A stretch of DNA of 64,000 nucleotides from Bacillota bacterium (GCA_040751815.1 JBFMHQ010000003.1:269-64268), one strand, 5' to 3'. Positions 28,407-38,792 are shown, numbered from the stretch's first letter. Numbers and translations are program-made. The notes: generated by a model not told the origin, from the sequence alone.

Positions 28407-28838
28407 GTGACGGACGGAAAGCCGGAAAAGGAACCTTTGCCGGGGCGCGAATTCGGTGATGTGCTGGCCAGCGTTGCCGACTTTCAGGCGCGGCAGGGAA
28501 TGGATCACTCCGACCTGCTCCTCTTCCTGAGCCTGGTGGATCTCCTCGCGGTGCTGAACCTCATGCACCGCCGCTGGGCGGGGGGCGCCGTAGCCGGTAT
28601 GCCGGCTGGGGCGGCCGATCTGGTCTCCCAGGCCCTGAAGATGCTGCCCGGGGGCGGTGCGGAACTCCTGCGCCTCCTGGGCAAGGAGGGCGGGAACCTG
28701 GCCTCCCTGGTTTCCTCCCTCGCCGGCGCCCTGCGCCCGCCGGCAGCGCCCGCCGAGGGGGGCGAGAAGCCGGAAAGGGGGGAGAAGAAGGAAGGGGCTT
28801 CCCGGGAAGTGGTGCGCTGGGATTTCGGGAAGAAATAG
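28407..28838 (+). CDS. Hypothetical protein
   Basis: Long ORF with coding-like codon usage, co-directional with the ybaB paralog. Confidence 0.7.
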   Translation: MTDGKPEKEPLPGREFGDVLASVADFQARQGMDHSDLLLFLSLVDLLAVLNLMHRRWAGGAVAGMPAGAADLVSQALKMLPGGGAELLRLLGKEGGNLASLVSSLAGALRPPAAPAEGGEKPERGEKKEGASREVVRWDFGKK

Positions 28839-28910
28839 AGACGTATACGCAGCCCGCCGCCGGCGGACAATATGCTTCGAAATGTCCGGCGGGTGGTGGG
28901 AAAAGTCGGC

Positions 28911-29363
28911 GTGAGCGCCAGGATACTTGCCCTGCTGGTGGCCTGTCTGGCCGGCGTTACCATGGCCTTCCAGGGAACGGTCAATGCCGTGCTGGGCCGG
29001 GTGGCCGGCCTCCTGGAGGCCACCTTTATTGTGCACGGGGTGGGCCTGGCCGTGGCCGGAGCGCTCCTGTTCGGGCTGCGGCTGGGTGACGGCAGCCTCC
29101 TGCGGGCGGCCCACGCGCCGTGGTACGCCTACCTGGGCGGCGTCCTGGGCGTGCTTATCGTCTACGGCGTGGTGCGGGCCATTCCCCAGGTGGGTGTGGC
29201 GCCGGCCACCACGGCCATCATCCTGGGCCAGGTGCTCACGGCGGCCCTCATCGACCACGTGGGCCTCTGCGGGATGCAGAAAATCCCCTTCACCTGGCAC
29301 CGCATCGCGGGGACGCTGCTGATGGCCGCGGGCGCGTGGCTCCTGCTGCGGGGCGGAAAGTAG
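28911..29363 (+). CDS. DMT-superfamily transporter (YdcZ-like)
   Basis: Q..VNA.L, PWYAYLGG.LG, GQ...A.IDH.GL. Confidence 0.88.
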   Translation: MSARILALLVACLAGVTMAFQGTVNAVLGRVAGLLEATFIVHGVGLAVAGALLFGLRLGDGSLLRAAHAPWYAYLGGVLGVLIVYGVVRAIPQVGVAPATTAIILGQVLTAALIDHVGLCGMQKIPFTWHRIAGTLLMAAGAWLLLRGGK

Positions 29364-29366
29364 GGG

Positions 29367-30071
29367 TCACAGGCGTGCCAGAAGATACACGATGCCAAGC
29401 CCGGTGAGGAGGCCGCCGCAGGCGGCCTTGAAGTGGTGGCCGACGGCGCGCGGGATAAGTTCTGCGACGACGATATAAAGCATCGCCCCGGCGGCCGCTG
29501 CGGCAAGGCCGGCGATCCACACGGGCGAGATGCGGGTAAGGAGGAGCCCGACGGCGGTGCCCAGCGGGGTGACCAGGCTCAGGGCTGCGCAGGCGGCCAG
29601 CGCGTAGCGGCGCCTGACGCCGGCGGCCAGCAGGGGGGCCGCCGTGGCCATGCCCTCCGGAACATTATGCAGTCCGATGGCCAGTGCCAGGACCGATCCC
29701 AGGCGCGGCAGCGCGGCGAAGCCGGCGGCGATGGCCAGGCCCTCCGGCAGGTCGTGCAGCGCGATGGCCGCCCCGATGAGGATGCCGGTTTTCAACAGGG
29801 TATGCCGGCGCGGGCCGAGGTGCCTGCGCAACCGGGCGTCTCCCCAGGCCAGGATCGCCACGCCCGCCAGGAGCCCGGCGGCGGCCGCAGCCGGACCGGC
29901 GCAGGTGAGGGCGGCGGGGAGGAGATCGGCCCCGACCACCCCTCCCATAACTCCCGCGGCCAGCCCCAGTACGAAGGCCAGCGTTCTGCGGCCCGGGGCC
30001 CCGCCCACCGCCACCACCAGGGCCCCGAGGAAGGTGGCCGCCCCGGCCAGGCAGCTCCACCAAAGCGGCAA
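29367..30071 (-). CDS. ZIP-family metal transporter (ZupT/GufA-like)
   Basis: LHDLPEG and LHNVPEG motifs, GAMLYIV..ELIP. Confidence 0.88.
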   Translation of the reverse strand: MPLWWSCLAGAATFLGALVVAVGGAPGRRTLAFVLGLAAGVMGGVVGADLLPAALTCAGPAAAAAGLLAGVAILAWGDARLRRHLGPRRHTLLKTGILIGAAIALHDLPEGLAIAAGFAALPRLGSVLALAIGLHNVPEGMATAAPLLAAGVRRRYALAACAALSLVTPLGTAVGLLLTRISPVWIAGLAAAAAGAMLYIVVAELIPRAVGHHFKAACGGLLTGLGIVYLLARL

Positions 30072-30166
30072 AACCCAACCCCCAAACAGAACTTGGTAAG
30101 ATTATACGGCGAAGCAGGAAAAAGTAGTACCTCTGGCCAATTGGCAATGGCGGAGGGTGATGGCAT

Positions 30167-31009
30167 ATCCTTGTTGTCCGGGCCTTTGCCAAGATCAACC
30201 TGACCCTGGACGTCCTCGGCCGGCGCCCCGACGGGTACCACGAAATCGCTTCGGTGATGCAAAGCCTGGCCCTCTGCGATTACCTTTCCTTCGAGGAAGC
30301 AGAGGAGATCATCCTGACCACGGAGGGCGGCGAGGTGCCCCCGGGGCCGGAAAACCTGGTCTACAGGGCCGCCGTGGCCCTGCAGCGGGCGGCTGGAGTG
30401 AAAAGCGGGGCCCTGATCCACCTCGATAAGCGCATCCCGGTGGCGGCGGGGCTCGGGGGCGGTTCCGCCGACGCCGCGGCGACGCTCCTCGGATTGAACG
30501 AACTCTGGCGTCTGGATCTCTCCCGGACGGAACTCGAAACCATCGCGGCCGGGGTCGGGGCCGACGTGCCCTTCTGTCTTGCCGGCGGTACGGCGCTGGC
30601 GCAGGGCAAGGGGGAGATCATCACGCCCCTCCTCCCCCCGGCACCCGCGATGGGCGTGGTGCTGGCCCTGCCCTCTTTCGGGGTATCCACCGCCGAGGTT
30701 TACGCCCGCTTTGATGCCGCGGCGGTGCAGGCCCGCCCGTCCACGGCGGCCATGCTCCGGGCGCTGCGCAGCGGCAGGGTAAAACAGATCGCCGCCGCCC
30801 TGGGCAATATGCTGGAGGAGGTAACCTTCGCCTTGCACCCTGAGCTGGCGGCGTTGAAACGGGCGGTGATGGACTGCGGCGCCCTGGGGGCCCTGATGAG
30901 CGGGAGCGGGCCGGTAATCTTCGGCCTCACCGCGGACGTTCCTGCAGCCCGGCGGGTGGCCGCCTGCCTCGGGGCCCTTGGGGTGGCGACCCTGGTTACC
31001 TCCACCTGA
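30167..31009 (+). CDS. ispE: 4-diphosphocytidyl-2-C-methyl-D-erythritol kinase; 5' end lacks an in-frame canonical start
   Basis: AFAKINLTLDV..DGYHEI lies in frame upstream of the track start; IPVAAGLGGGSADAA, MSGSG. Confidence 0.92.
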   Translation: MLVVRAFAKINLTLDVLGRRPDGYHEIASVMQSLALCDYLSFEEAEEIILTTEGGEVPPGPENLVYRAAVALQRAAGVKSGALIHLDKRIPVAAGLGGGSADAAATLLGLNELWRLDLSRTELETIAAGVGADVPFCLAGGTALAQGKGEIITPLLPPAPAMGVVLALPSFGVSTAEVYARFDAAAVQARPSTAAMLRALRSGRVKQIAAALGNMLEEVTFALHPELAALKRAVMDCGALGALMSGSGPVIFGLTADVPAARRVAACLGALGVATLVTST

Positions 31010-31090
31010 GTCCCCGTGGCCCGGCTATTGCCCGGCGGCCGTTTTAAGGATAAAATGTAAGGCGTAAGTATGGGGAGAGGAAGGGGTGCG

Positions 31091-31771
31091 ATGGCTGAGC
31101 CGAGGCTTTTGCCCATCAAGCTCGACACTTATAAGCCCCTGCGGGAACTGGTCTTCGAATCGCTACGAGAGGCGATTATCCAGGGGCGGCTGAAACCGGG
31201 GGAGAGGCTCATGGAGCTTACCCTGGCGGAAGAACTGGGCGTGAGCCGCACGCCGGTGCGGGAGGCTATCAGGAAGCTCGAACTGGAAGGGTTCGTGGTG
31301 ATGGTTCCCCGCAAGGGGGCCTACGTTTCCGGCATCACGGAGAAAGACATTAACGACGTTTTCGAGGTACGGGCGGCACTGGAGGCACTGGCGGCGGGCC
31401 TTGCGGCAGAGCGGATCACCGAGGAAGAGCTCGACGATCTGGAGCGGTCGCTGGTACGTTTCGCCGAGGCATCGCAGGCCGGGGACATCGAGGCCGTGGT
31501 GGAACACGATACCCAATTCCACGACCTCATTTACCGGGCCAGCCGGAACCAGCGCCTGGTGCAGATCGTCTCCAATCTGCAGGACCATATCCAGCGCCTG
31601 CGCCTGGCTACCCTTTCCCGGCCGGGCCGCACGCGCCGGGCGGTGGAGGAGCACAAGAACATCGTCGAGGCCATCGCCGAGCGCAACGTGGAGCTGGCGC
31701 AGCAACTGGCGCGGGAGCACATCGAGAACGCCGAGGCGAACCTTCTGAACGGCCTGGAGGAGAAGAAGTAG
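31091..31771 (+). CDS. GntR/FadR-family regulator
   Basis: LKPGERL..LAEELGVSRTPVREA, FCD domain. Confidence 0.93.
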   Translation: MAEPRLLPIKLDTYKPLRELVFESLREAIIQGRLKPGERLMELTLAEELGVSRTPVREAIRKLELEGFVVMVPRKGAYVSGITEKDINDVFEVRAALEALAAGLAAERITEEELDDLERSLVRFAEASQAGDIEAVVEHDTQFHDLIYRASRNQRLVQIVSNLQDHIQRLRLATLSRPGRTRRAVEEHKNIVEAIAERNVELAQQLAREHIENAEANLLNGLEEKK

Positions 31772-31772
31772 C

Positions 31773-32528
31773 GTGCGGCCCTGTGTTGTTCTTGCGGGGA
31801 GTCCGAATACCGGGCCCCTGGCCGGGTCCAGCGACGCGCCGTACGAGGCGCTGATTCCCGTCGCCGGGCGTCCGATGGTTACCTACGTGGTGGAGGCGCT
31901 TCTGGCCGCCAGGGGGGTGGGAAGCGTTACCGTGGCCGGGCCTCCGGACCTGGCCGGCATCCTCCCGGGCACCGTGCGGGTGGTGCCGGGAGGCACAAGC
32001 CTGGTCGAGACGCTGGGGCGAGCCTTGAAAGCGGTGGCCGGGGAAGAGCGGGTACTGGTGGTTACGGGTGACGTGCCGTTCCTTACGGGCGAGGCCGTGG
32101 ACGGCTTCCTGGCAGCGTGCGGCGACTGCAGCGCCGACATTTACTACCCGGTGGTGTCCCGGCAAAGCATCGAAGAGCGCTTCCCCGGCGCCAGGCGCAC
32201 CTACGTGCGGCTGCGGGACGGCCAGTTCACGGGAGGCAACCTGGTGCTGCTGAACCCGGCGGTTTACGGGCGCATAAGGCAGAAGACGGAAGAAATGGCC
32301 CGGCTGCGCAAGAGTCCCCTGCGCCTGGGGTTTATGGTGGGGCCGCTTTTCATCCTGCGCTACCTTGCCGGCGCGGTTTCCCTGGCCGAGGCGGAGCGCA
32401 AGGTTACCGCCCTGGTTGGCATTACGGGACGGGCGCTGGTTTGCCCGTCGCCTGAGGTGGCGATGGACGTCGATAAACCCTCCGACCTCGAACTGGCCTG
32501 CGCTCTGCTAGCCCAGACGGCTGGCTAG
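31773..32528 (+). CDS. MobA-like NTP transferase domain protein
   Basis: VVLAG..GRPM, TGDVP, MDVDKP.DL. Confidence 0.8.
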   Translation: MRPCVVLAGSPNTGPLAGSSDAPYEALIPVAGRPMVTYVVEALLAARGVGSVTVAGPPDLAGILPGTVRVVPGGTSLVETLGRALKAVAGEERVLVVTGDVPFLTGEAVDGFLAACGDCSADIYYPVVSRQSIEERFPGARRTYVRLRDGQFTGGNLVLLNPAVYGRIRQKTEEMARLRKSPLRLGFMVGPLFILRYLAGAVSLAEAERKVTALVGITGRALVCPSPEVAMDVDKPSDLELACALLAQTAG

Positions 32529-32792
32529 GAGGAGCGACAGGGCCTCCCGCAGGGTTTTGCGGTAATCTCCTCCCCGGGCCAGTTCCTGCTCAAGGCATTT
32601 TTCCACGTAATCGACCAGGAAAGCCTTGCCCGCGTTTTCCACTGCGGCTTTCAGGGCGCAGATCTGCCCCACGATCTCCCGGCAGTCCTGCCCTTCGGCG
32701 AGCATGCGCTGAATGCCCCGCGCCTGCCCCTCAATCCGCTTGAAGCGGTTGATTATCCTGGTCCGCGCCTCGTCGCTGAGGGATTGTTCCAC
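32508..32792 (-). CDS. CsoR/RcnR-family repressor
   Basis: R.KRIEGQARGIQRML....DC.....Q; CAGGAGG RBS before GTG 32792. Confidence 0.9.
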   Translation of the reverse strand: MEQSLSDEARTRIINRFKRIEGQARGIQRMLAEGQDCREIVGQICALKAAVENAGKAFLVDYVEKCLEQELARGGDYRKTLREALSLLLASRLG

Positions 32793-32963
32793 GGCGAACA
32801 CGCCCTCCTGCCTGTCACGCCTACCCTGTAACCTACTGCAAGCATACCCAATTCCCCGGGCGGGGGTCAAGAAAAAGCGTCGGCCAAACGCGGCGGGATC
32901 GGGCATCGTCCCTGGAGAAACTTTCCCAATGTTACGGGCCGGTGACACTTGAAAAACTTCCCC

Positions 32964-33025
32964 TTGACAAAGGGGGACCATCCCTGTAACATAAAAAGTC
33001 AAGATCAAAATACCCTATGGGGTAT
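32964..33025 (+). promoter_or_regulatory. SigA promoter and CsoR-type operator
   Basis: TTGACA-17-TAACAT (32964-32992); ATACCCtatgGGGTAT at 33010-33025 resembles TAC-C/G-tract-GTA CsoR operators. Confidence 0.7.
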
Positions 33026-33067
33026 GCTCCCGGGAGCAACTCAGGGGAAAGGTGGTGGAGCCACACG

Positions 33068-33373
33068 GTGAACCTGAAGGTCACGGAGAAGGCGCAGGAG
33101 AAGCTCAAGGAGATTCTTACGGAGCAGAAGAAACCAGGCGCCGTCATCCGCCTGTTTATTCAGGGCATCGGGTGAGGGGGGCCGAACTTCGGCCTGGCTC
33201 TGGACGAGTCAGAACGCAAGGGCGACGCCGTAGTGGAGATCGACGGCCTGAAGTTTGTGGCCGACGGCGAAGCGGCGCGCTACCTTTCCGGGGCCGTGAT
33301 CGATTACGGGCGGTCCTGGTTCGGCAGCGGTTTCATTATCCGCGGCACCTCCGACGGTTGCTGTTCCTGTTAG
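33068..33373 (+). CDS. HesB/IscA-like selenoprotein (in-frame UGA = Sec36), 101 aa
   Basis: MNLKVTEKAQEKL..IRLFIQGIG-TGA-GGPNFGLALDE..IDY..GF; frame continues to TAG 33373; SECIS-like hairpin at 33194-33212. Confidence 0.88.
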
Positions 33374-33413
33374 CGGTGGATTGTGCATTTTCGCGGGCCC
33401 CGCACCGGGGCCC

Positions 33414-34325
33414 TTAATTTTTTGCCTTTTCACGTGGAACATTCCGGGTAGCGAAGTCGATGAAGGCGGCGGCGGCGCGGCTGAGGGGACGTGCGCGCAG
33501 GTGCGCCAGGTAGAGGCGACGGGTGAAATGGGGTCCCTGCAGGCGGACCAGCGCCACGCTGCCGGCGTGCGCCGCGGCTTCCGCCGCTACCCGCGAAATA
33601 AAGGAAAGGCCCATGCCCGCCGCGACGGCCCCGAGTACGGCCTCCGTACTTCCCAGTTCGGCCGCGATCTTGAGGTCCCCGGACCGAATTCCTGCGGCGA
33701 GCAGGGCGTCTTCCACCACGCGCCGGGTGCCGGACTGCTCTTCGCGCCAGACCAGGGTCTCGCCCAGGACGGCGCGGGGAGAAACGCTCCGGCGGGCCGC
33801 CAGGGGGTGCCGGCGCGGCACGACCAGCACGATTTCGTCCTCGGCAAAGGGAACAAAGTGCAGGCGCGGGTCGTTGGTCAGGGCGCCGACGGCCCCCACC
33901 TGGACCTTCTCCTCCAGAAGCATGCGCAGGACCTTGCCGGTGTCGGCGATTTCCACCGCGATGGCCACCTCCGGATAGAGGCGGTTGAAGGCCCCGATCA
34001 AGCGCGGTACCAGGTAGTGGCCGGGAATGGTGCTGGCGCCGATTAACAGGCGGCCGCGGACGGTTAAGGCGCAGGCGTCGACGTCGTTTCTGGCCCGCGC
34101 CAGGGCATCCAGAATCTCGCGGGCGTAGCGGTAGAGAACCGCCCCGGCCTGGGTCAGTTCCACCCGGCGGCTCGAGCGGTCAACCAGCCGGGTACCGTAG
34201 TACGCCTCCAGGTAGGCGATGTGCTTGGAAACGGCCGGCTGGGTGAGGTTCAGGGCCGCGGCGGCGCGGGAGAAGCTTTTATGCTCGGCGAGGGCCACAA
34301 GGGTTTCCAGGTAGGCGAGGTTCAC
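33414..34325 (-). CDS. LysR-family regulator (possibly selenium-metabolism associated)
   Basis: SFSRAA..L.LTQPAVSKHI..LE; GASTIPG.Y, REEQSGTR. Confidence 0.9.
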   Translation of the reverse strand: MNLAYLETLVALAEHKSFSRAAAALNLTQPAVSKHIAYLEAYYGTRLVDRSSRRVELTQAGAVLYRYAREILDALARARNDVDACALTVRGRLLIGASTIPGHYLVPRLIGAFNRLYPEVAIAVEIADTGKVLRMLLEEKVQVGAVGALTNDPRLHFVPFAEDEIVLVVPRRHPLAARRSVSPRAVLGETLVWREEQSGTRRVVEDALLAAGIRSGDLKIAAELGSTEAVLGAVAAGMGLSFISRVAAEAAAHAGSVALVRLQGPHFTRRLYLAHLRARPLSRAAAAFIDFATRNVPREKAKN

Positions 34326-34551
34326 CGTTTCTTCACCTTTATAACCTTCTGTTTTTGATTATATAGCGCGGGGAAAATAAAACAATACGGGCGGCTCGGG
34401 AATGTTGCGGGAAAAAACCGGCCGCCAGGCAGGAATTCGACGGTTAATACAGAAATTCTTACCCCTGAATGGTGAAACATACGTCAGAGGCGGGAGGTCG
34501 AAGTCCGTTTTCCGTATGGCAGCCGGCCTCCGTCGGGAAGGTGGTGAGCTT

Positions 34552-34815
34552 GTGGAAGTTACCGACGTCAAGATCAGGAAGGTGCTGGCAGAAGGGAAGA
34601 TGAAGGCCATCGTCTCGGTAACGCTGGACAACGCCTTCGTGATCCACGACATCAAGGTTGTTGAGGGCCAGAACGGTCTTTTTGTCGCTATGCCGAGCCG
34701 CCGGACGCCGAAGGGAGAGTTCAGGGACATTGCCCATCCCATCACCTCCGCGGCACGGGCCATGATCGAGGATGCCGTACTGCAAGCCTACGCGGGGCAC
34801 AGTGAGACGCGGTAG
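34552..34815 (+). CDS. spoVG: SpoVG
   Basis: [39 protein letters not shown]. Confidence 0.96.
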   Translation: MEVTDVKIRKVLAEGKMKAIVSVTLDNAFVIHDIKVVEGQNGLFVAMPSRRTPKGEFRDIAHPITSAARAMIEDAVLQAYAGHSETR

Positions 34816-34997
34816 GGCGGGAGCGGCCGGCGCCGCTCCTTCCGTGTGGGGCACTTTTGCCCGGCGCGGGCTACACTGTAAAGGAGAGCCTCCCGGCATT
34901 CCATACGGGTCGCCGGAACCGGGCATCGCCGTCAAAACCAGGCCCTCTTCCGGGTCCTCCGGAATGCCGGTGATGAGGCCGGTCTCTTCGGGATGGG

Positions 34998-36407
34998 TTG
35001 GGGGGCGTTAATATAGAACTGGCAGCGGTTATTCTGGCGGCGGGCAAGGGTACAAGAATGAAATCGCGGTACCCGAAGGTGCTGCATGAACTGGCGGGCC
35101 GGCCGATGCTCCATTACGTCCTGGAGGCGGCATGGGAAGCGGGCGTGGCGCGGCCCGTGGTGGTGGCCGGCTACGGCTTTGACGCGGTGAGCGAGGCGGC
35201 CCGGCAGGCGGCACCACCCGGTGCCGGGGTGGAAGTGGTCCGGCAGGAGCCGCAGCTGGGTACGGCCCACGCCCTCCTGCAGGCCCAGGCGGCGCTGCGG
35301 GACTTCAGCGGTGAATTGCTGGTCCTCTGCGGCGACACGCCCCTGCTAACGGCGGGCACCCTGCGGGAGCTGGTGGCCCACCACCGCTCCACTGGGGCGG
35401 CGGGCACCGTTTTGACGGCCGATCTGGATGACCCTGCGGGTTACGGGCGGGTCATCCGGGACGGCGCGGGCCGCGTCTGCCGCATCGTGGAGCAAAGGGA
35501 CGCGAGCCCGGAGGAACTCGCCGTCCGCGAAATCAACACGGGCATCTATTGCTTTTCCTCGCCCCGGGTTTTCGCCTATGCCCGGCAGGTCACGCCCGAA
35601 AATGCCCAGGGGGAATACTACCTGACCGACGTGGTCCGGCTGATGGTGGCCGACGGGCTGCGGGTGAGTTCCTGGCCGGCGCCCCGCGTGGAAGAAGTCC
35701 TGGGGATCAACGACCGGGTGCAACTTGCGCGGGCGGGGGAGGTCATGCGCCGCCGTGTCCTGGAGCGCCTCATGTACGGCGGGGTAACCGTGGAAGACCC
35801 CGCCTCGACCTTTGTGGCGGCAGGCGTGGAGATAGGGCGCGACACGGTGCTCCGGCCCTTCACCATCATCGAGGGAAAAACGCGCATTGGCGAGGATTGC
35901 GTCGTCGGCCCCGGGGCGCGGCTCGTGGATGCCGTGCTGGGTAACGGTGTGGTGGTGCAGTACGCGGTGGTGGTGGAGGCGGCGCTTGGCGACCGGTGCA
36001 TAGTGGGGCCCTTCGCCTACCTGCGGCCCGGCTGTGAAATCGCCCCCGGGGTGAAGATCGGCGACTTCGTAGAGGTCAAGAACGCGCGCGTGGGGGAGGG
36101 TTCCAAGATACCCCACCTGACCTACGTCGGGGATGCCGAAATCGGGGCCGGCGTCAACGTGGGAGCGGGGACCATTACCTGCAATTACGACGGGATCAGG
36201 AAGCACCGGACGGTGATCGGGGACGGAGCCTTCATCGGCTCCAACGCCAACCTGGTAGCGCCGGTAGTCATCGGGGCGGGCGCCTACGTGGCCGCGGGCT
36301 CGACGATCACCAGGGACGTCCCTCCGGGCGCGCTGGGGGTTGCGCGCAGCCGCCAGGCGAATATCCCGGACTGGGTGGCGAAAAGAAAGAAGCAGACGGA
36401 GGTTTAG
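34998..36407 (+). CDS. glmU: Bifunctional GlmU
   Basis: [23 protein letters not shown], hexapeptide repeats, [11 protein letters not shown]. Confidence 0.97.
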   Translation: MGGVNIELAAVILAAGKGTRMKSRYPKVLHELAGRPMLHYVLEAAWEAGVARPVVVAGYGFDAVSEAARQAAPPGAGVEVVRQEPQLGTAHALLQAQAALRDFSGELLVLCGDTPLLTAGTLRELVAHHRSTGAAGTVLTADLDDPAGYGRVIRDGAGRVCRIVEQRDASPEELAVREINTGIYCFSSPRVFAYARQVTPENAQGEYYLTDVVRLMVADGLRVSSWPAPRVEEVLGINDRVQLARAGEVMRRRVLERLMYGGVTVEDPASTFVAAGVEIGRDTVLRPFTIIEGKTRIGEDCVVGPGARLVDAVLGNGVVVQYAVVVEAALGDRCIVGPFAYLRPGCEIAPGVKIGDFVEVKNARVGEGSKIPHLTYVGDAEIGAGVNVGAGTITCNYDGIRKHRTVIGDGAFIGSNANLVAPVVIGAGAYVAAGSTITRDVPPGALGVARSRQANIPDWVAKRKKQTEV

Positions 36408-36410
36408 CGG

Positions 36411-37358
36411 ATGTTTTCCCGCCATAAAAAGCTTAAAATCTTTACGGGCAACGCCAATCCCGCCCTGGCGGCGGAAATATGTGCCTACCTCGGCGTCTCC
36501 CTCGGGGATTCCCAGGTGAAGCGCTTCTGTGACGGCGAGATCCAGGTGCGGATCAACGAGAACGTGCGCGGCACGGACGTTTTTGTCATTCAGCCCACCT
36601 GCCAGCCGGTTAACGAAAACCTCATGGAACTGCTGATCATGATCGACGCCTTTCGCCGAGCTTCGGCCCGCCGCATCACCGCCGTGATACCTTATTACGG
36701 CTACGCCCGGCAGGACCGCAAGACCCGGGCCCGCGAGCCGATCACCGCCAAGCTGGTGGCCAACCTCCTCACGGCGGCCGGGGCGCGGCGGGTGATCACT
36801 ATGGACCTTCATGCCGGGCAGATCCAGGGGTTTTTCGATATCCCGGTCGATCACCTGCTGTCCGCGCCGATCCTGGCCGAGTACATCAACCGGGCGGGGC
36901 TGGAGGACGTGGTGGTGGTCTCGCCCGACGTGGGGGGCGTGACCCGGGCCCGCGACCTGGCCGAGCGCATCCGCGCGCCCCTCGCGGTCATCGACAAGCG
37001 GCGTCCGGAACCCAACGTGGCCGAGGTCACCAACGTCATCGGCCCGGTAGGCGGGAAGACGGCGATCATCGTGGACGACATTATCGATACGGCGGGTACC
37101 ATCGTCAAGGCGGCCGAGGCGCTGCTCGCCTTCGGGGCGCGCGACGTGTACGTCTGCTGCACGCATCCGGTTCTCTCCGGGCCGGCGGTGGAGCGGCTCA
37201 AGGCCTGCCCGGTACGGGAGGTCATCGTCACCAACTCCATCCCGGTCGGCCCGGAAAAGGCCATCGAGAAGATCAGGGTGCTGTCCGTGGCCCCGCTGCT
37301 GGGGGAGGCCATCATCCGGGTCCACGAGGACCTTTCGGTCTCCCGGCTTTTCGACTAG
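36411..37358 (+). CDS. prs: Ribose-phosphate pyrophosphokinase
   Basis: [31 protein letters not shown]. Confidence 0.98.
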   Translation: MFSRHKKLKIFTGNANPALAAEICAYLGVSLGDSQVKRFCDGEIQVRINENVRGTDVFVIQPTCQPVNENLMELLIMIDAFRRASARRITAVIPYYGYARQDRKTRAREPITAKLVANLLTAAGARRVITMDLHAGQIQGFFDIPVDHLLSAPILAEYINRAGLEDVVVVSPDVGGVTRARDLAERIRAPLAVIDKRRPEPNVAEVTNVIGPVGGKTAIIVDDIIDTAGTIVKAAEALLAFGARDVYVCCTHPVLSGPAVERLKACPVREVIVTNSIPVGPEKAIEKIRVLSVAPLLGEAIIRVHEDLSVSRLFD

Positions 37359-37486
37359 GAGAGGTTTTCCCCCGGCCGCCGACCTCCCCCTTCGCTCTTC
37401 CGGAGCCCGCTGCCTCCAACCTCCCCTTAAGCCCAGGTGTGGCCTTTTCGCCAGACGGGAATACTTTGACAGGAGGGTGATGCCAG

Positions 37487-38092
37487 TTGGCGACCGTAAC
37501 TCTCAATGCCAGGGTCAGGACCGGCAGGGGCAAAGGGTACCGCAACCGGCTCAGGGCCCAGAAGCGCCTGCCGGGAGTGGTTTACGGCCGGGATGTGGGA
37601 AGCATCCCCATCGAGGTGGAGATGGGAGCCGTGCAGGAGATCCTGGCCGGGCCCGGCAAGAACGCCCTTATCGAACTTCAGGTGGCCCGGAACGGCGGCA
37701 CGGACAGGTACCACGCCATCATCAAGGAACTGCAGTACCATCCGGTGCGGGGGGAACTCATGCACATCGACCTGCAGCAGGTCAGGCTTGACGAAGAGGT
37801 GACGACCACCGTACCGCTGCGCCTCGTGGGCGAAGCCCCGGGAGAAAAGGCCGGCGGCCTGGTAGAACAGGTGCTGCGTACCGTCGAAGTGATCGGCCGG
37901 CCCGACAGGCTGCCGGAGGCCATCGAGGTGGATATTTCCCGCCTGGAGGTCGGCGACAGCCTCCACGTCCGGGATCTGGTGCCGCCGCCCGGTGTGCGCC
38001 TTCTGGAGGAGCCCGAAGCGGTGGCGGTCACCGTCCTGGCGCCGGCGGTTACCGCGCCGGAGGCAGAAGAACCGGCGGAAGCCGCCGAATAG
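37487..38092 (+). CDS. rplY: 50S ribosomal protein L25/Ctc
   Basis: PGVVYG, Q.HPV..L.HID; prs-ctc-pth synteny. Confidence 0.95.
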   Translation: MATVTLNARVRTGRGKGYRNRLRAQKRLPGVVYGRDVGSIPIEVEMGAVQEILAGPGKNALIELQVARNGGTDRYHAIIKELQYHPVRGELMHIDLQQVRLDEEVTTTVPLRLVGEAPGEKAGGLVEQVLRTVEVIGRPDRLPEAIEVDISRLEVGDSLHVRDLVPPPGVRLLEEPEAVAVTVLAPAVTAPEAEEPAEAAE

Positions 38093-38096
38093 GCCA

Positions 38097-38669
38097 ATGG
38101 CGAAGCTCCTGGTCGGCCTGGGCAATCCCGGGCCCGCCTACGCGGGAACCAGGCATAACGTGGGCTTTATGGTCATCGACGCCCTCGCCCGCCTCCTGCG
38201 CGCCGAAGTGCGGCGGAAGGAGTGCCGGGCCCTGGTAGGAGAGGCTGCGGCGGACGCCCGGACCCTCATCCTGGCAAAACCCCAGACTTACGTGAATCTG
38301 AGCGGCGAGGCGGTGCGCGCCCTGGCGCAGAAGTACGCCGTGGCTCCGGGGGAGATCCTGGTGGTGTACGACGACATGGATCTTCCCCTGGGATGCCTGC
38401 GCCTCCGCCCCGCGGGAGGCGCAGGGGGGCACAGGGGGATGCTCTCCATTATCGCCGCCCTCGGCACCGAAGCTTTTCCCCGCCTCCGGGTGGGCATCGG
38501 ACGGGGGGAGGACGCGGTAGCCCACGTCCTCGGCCGCTTTGCGCCCGAGGAGGAGCCTGTTGTCGGGAAGGTTATCGACGCGGCCGCCCGGGCCGCACTG
38601 CTGGCCGCCACGGCGGGCATAGATAAGGCCATGAACACGTATAATAACTGGCGACCGTGTGGAAGGTGA
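38097..38669 (+). CDS. pth: Peptidyl-tRNA hydrolase
   Basis: LVGLGNPG..Y..TRHNVGF, KPQTY.NLSG, GGH.G. Confidence 0.96.
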   Translation: MAKLLVGLGNPGPAYAGTRHNVGFMVIDALARLLRAEVRRKECRALVGEAAADARTLILAKPQTYVNLSGEAVRALAQKYAVAPGEILVVYDDMDLPLGCLRLRPAGGAGGHRGMLSIIAALGTEAFPRLRVGIGRGEDAVAHVLGRFAPEEEPVVGKVIDAAARAALLAATAGIDKAMNTYNNWRPCGR

Positions 38670-38792
38670 GAGGTGGGAAGTGGGAGGAGCACGGGAAACG
38701 GGAAGTGAGAGGCGCAGTGCCGCGATTGCGCCTTGACGCCATAGCCGTTTGCCGAATAAAATTAGTCGGGCAACCGGCAAGAAGGATCTGAC

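Noticed and set aside
33052..33417. 121-aa track ORF over the HesB locus
   Set aside because: Wrong frame; the UGA-containing frame from 33068 carries the family motifs
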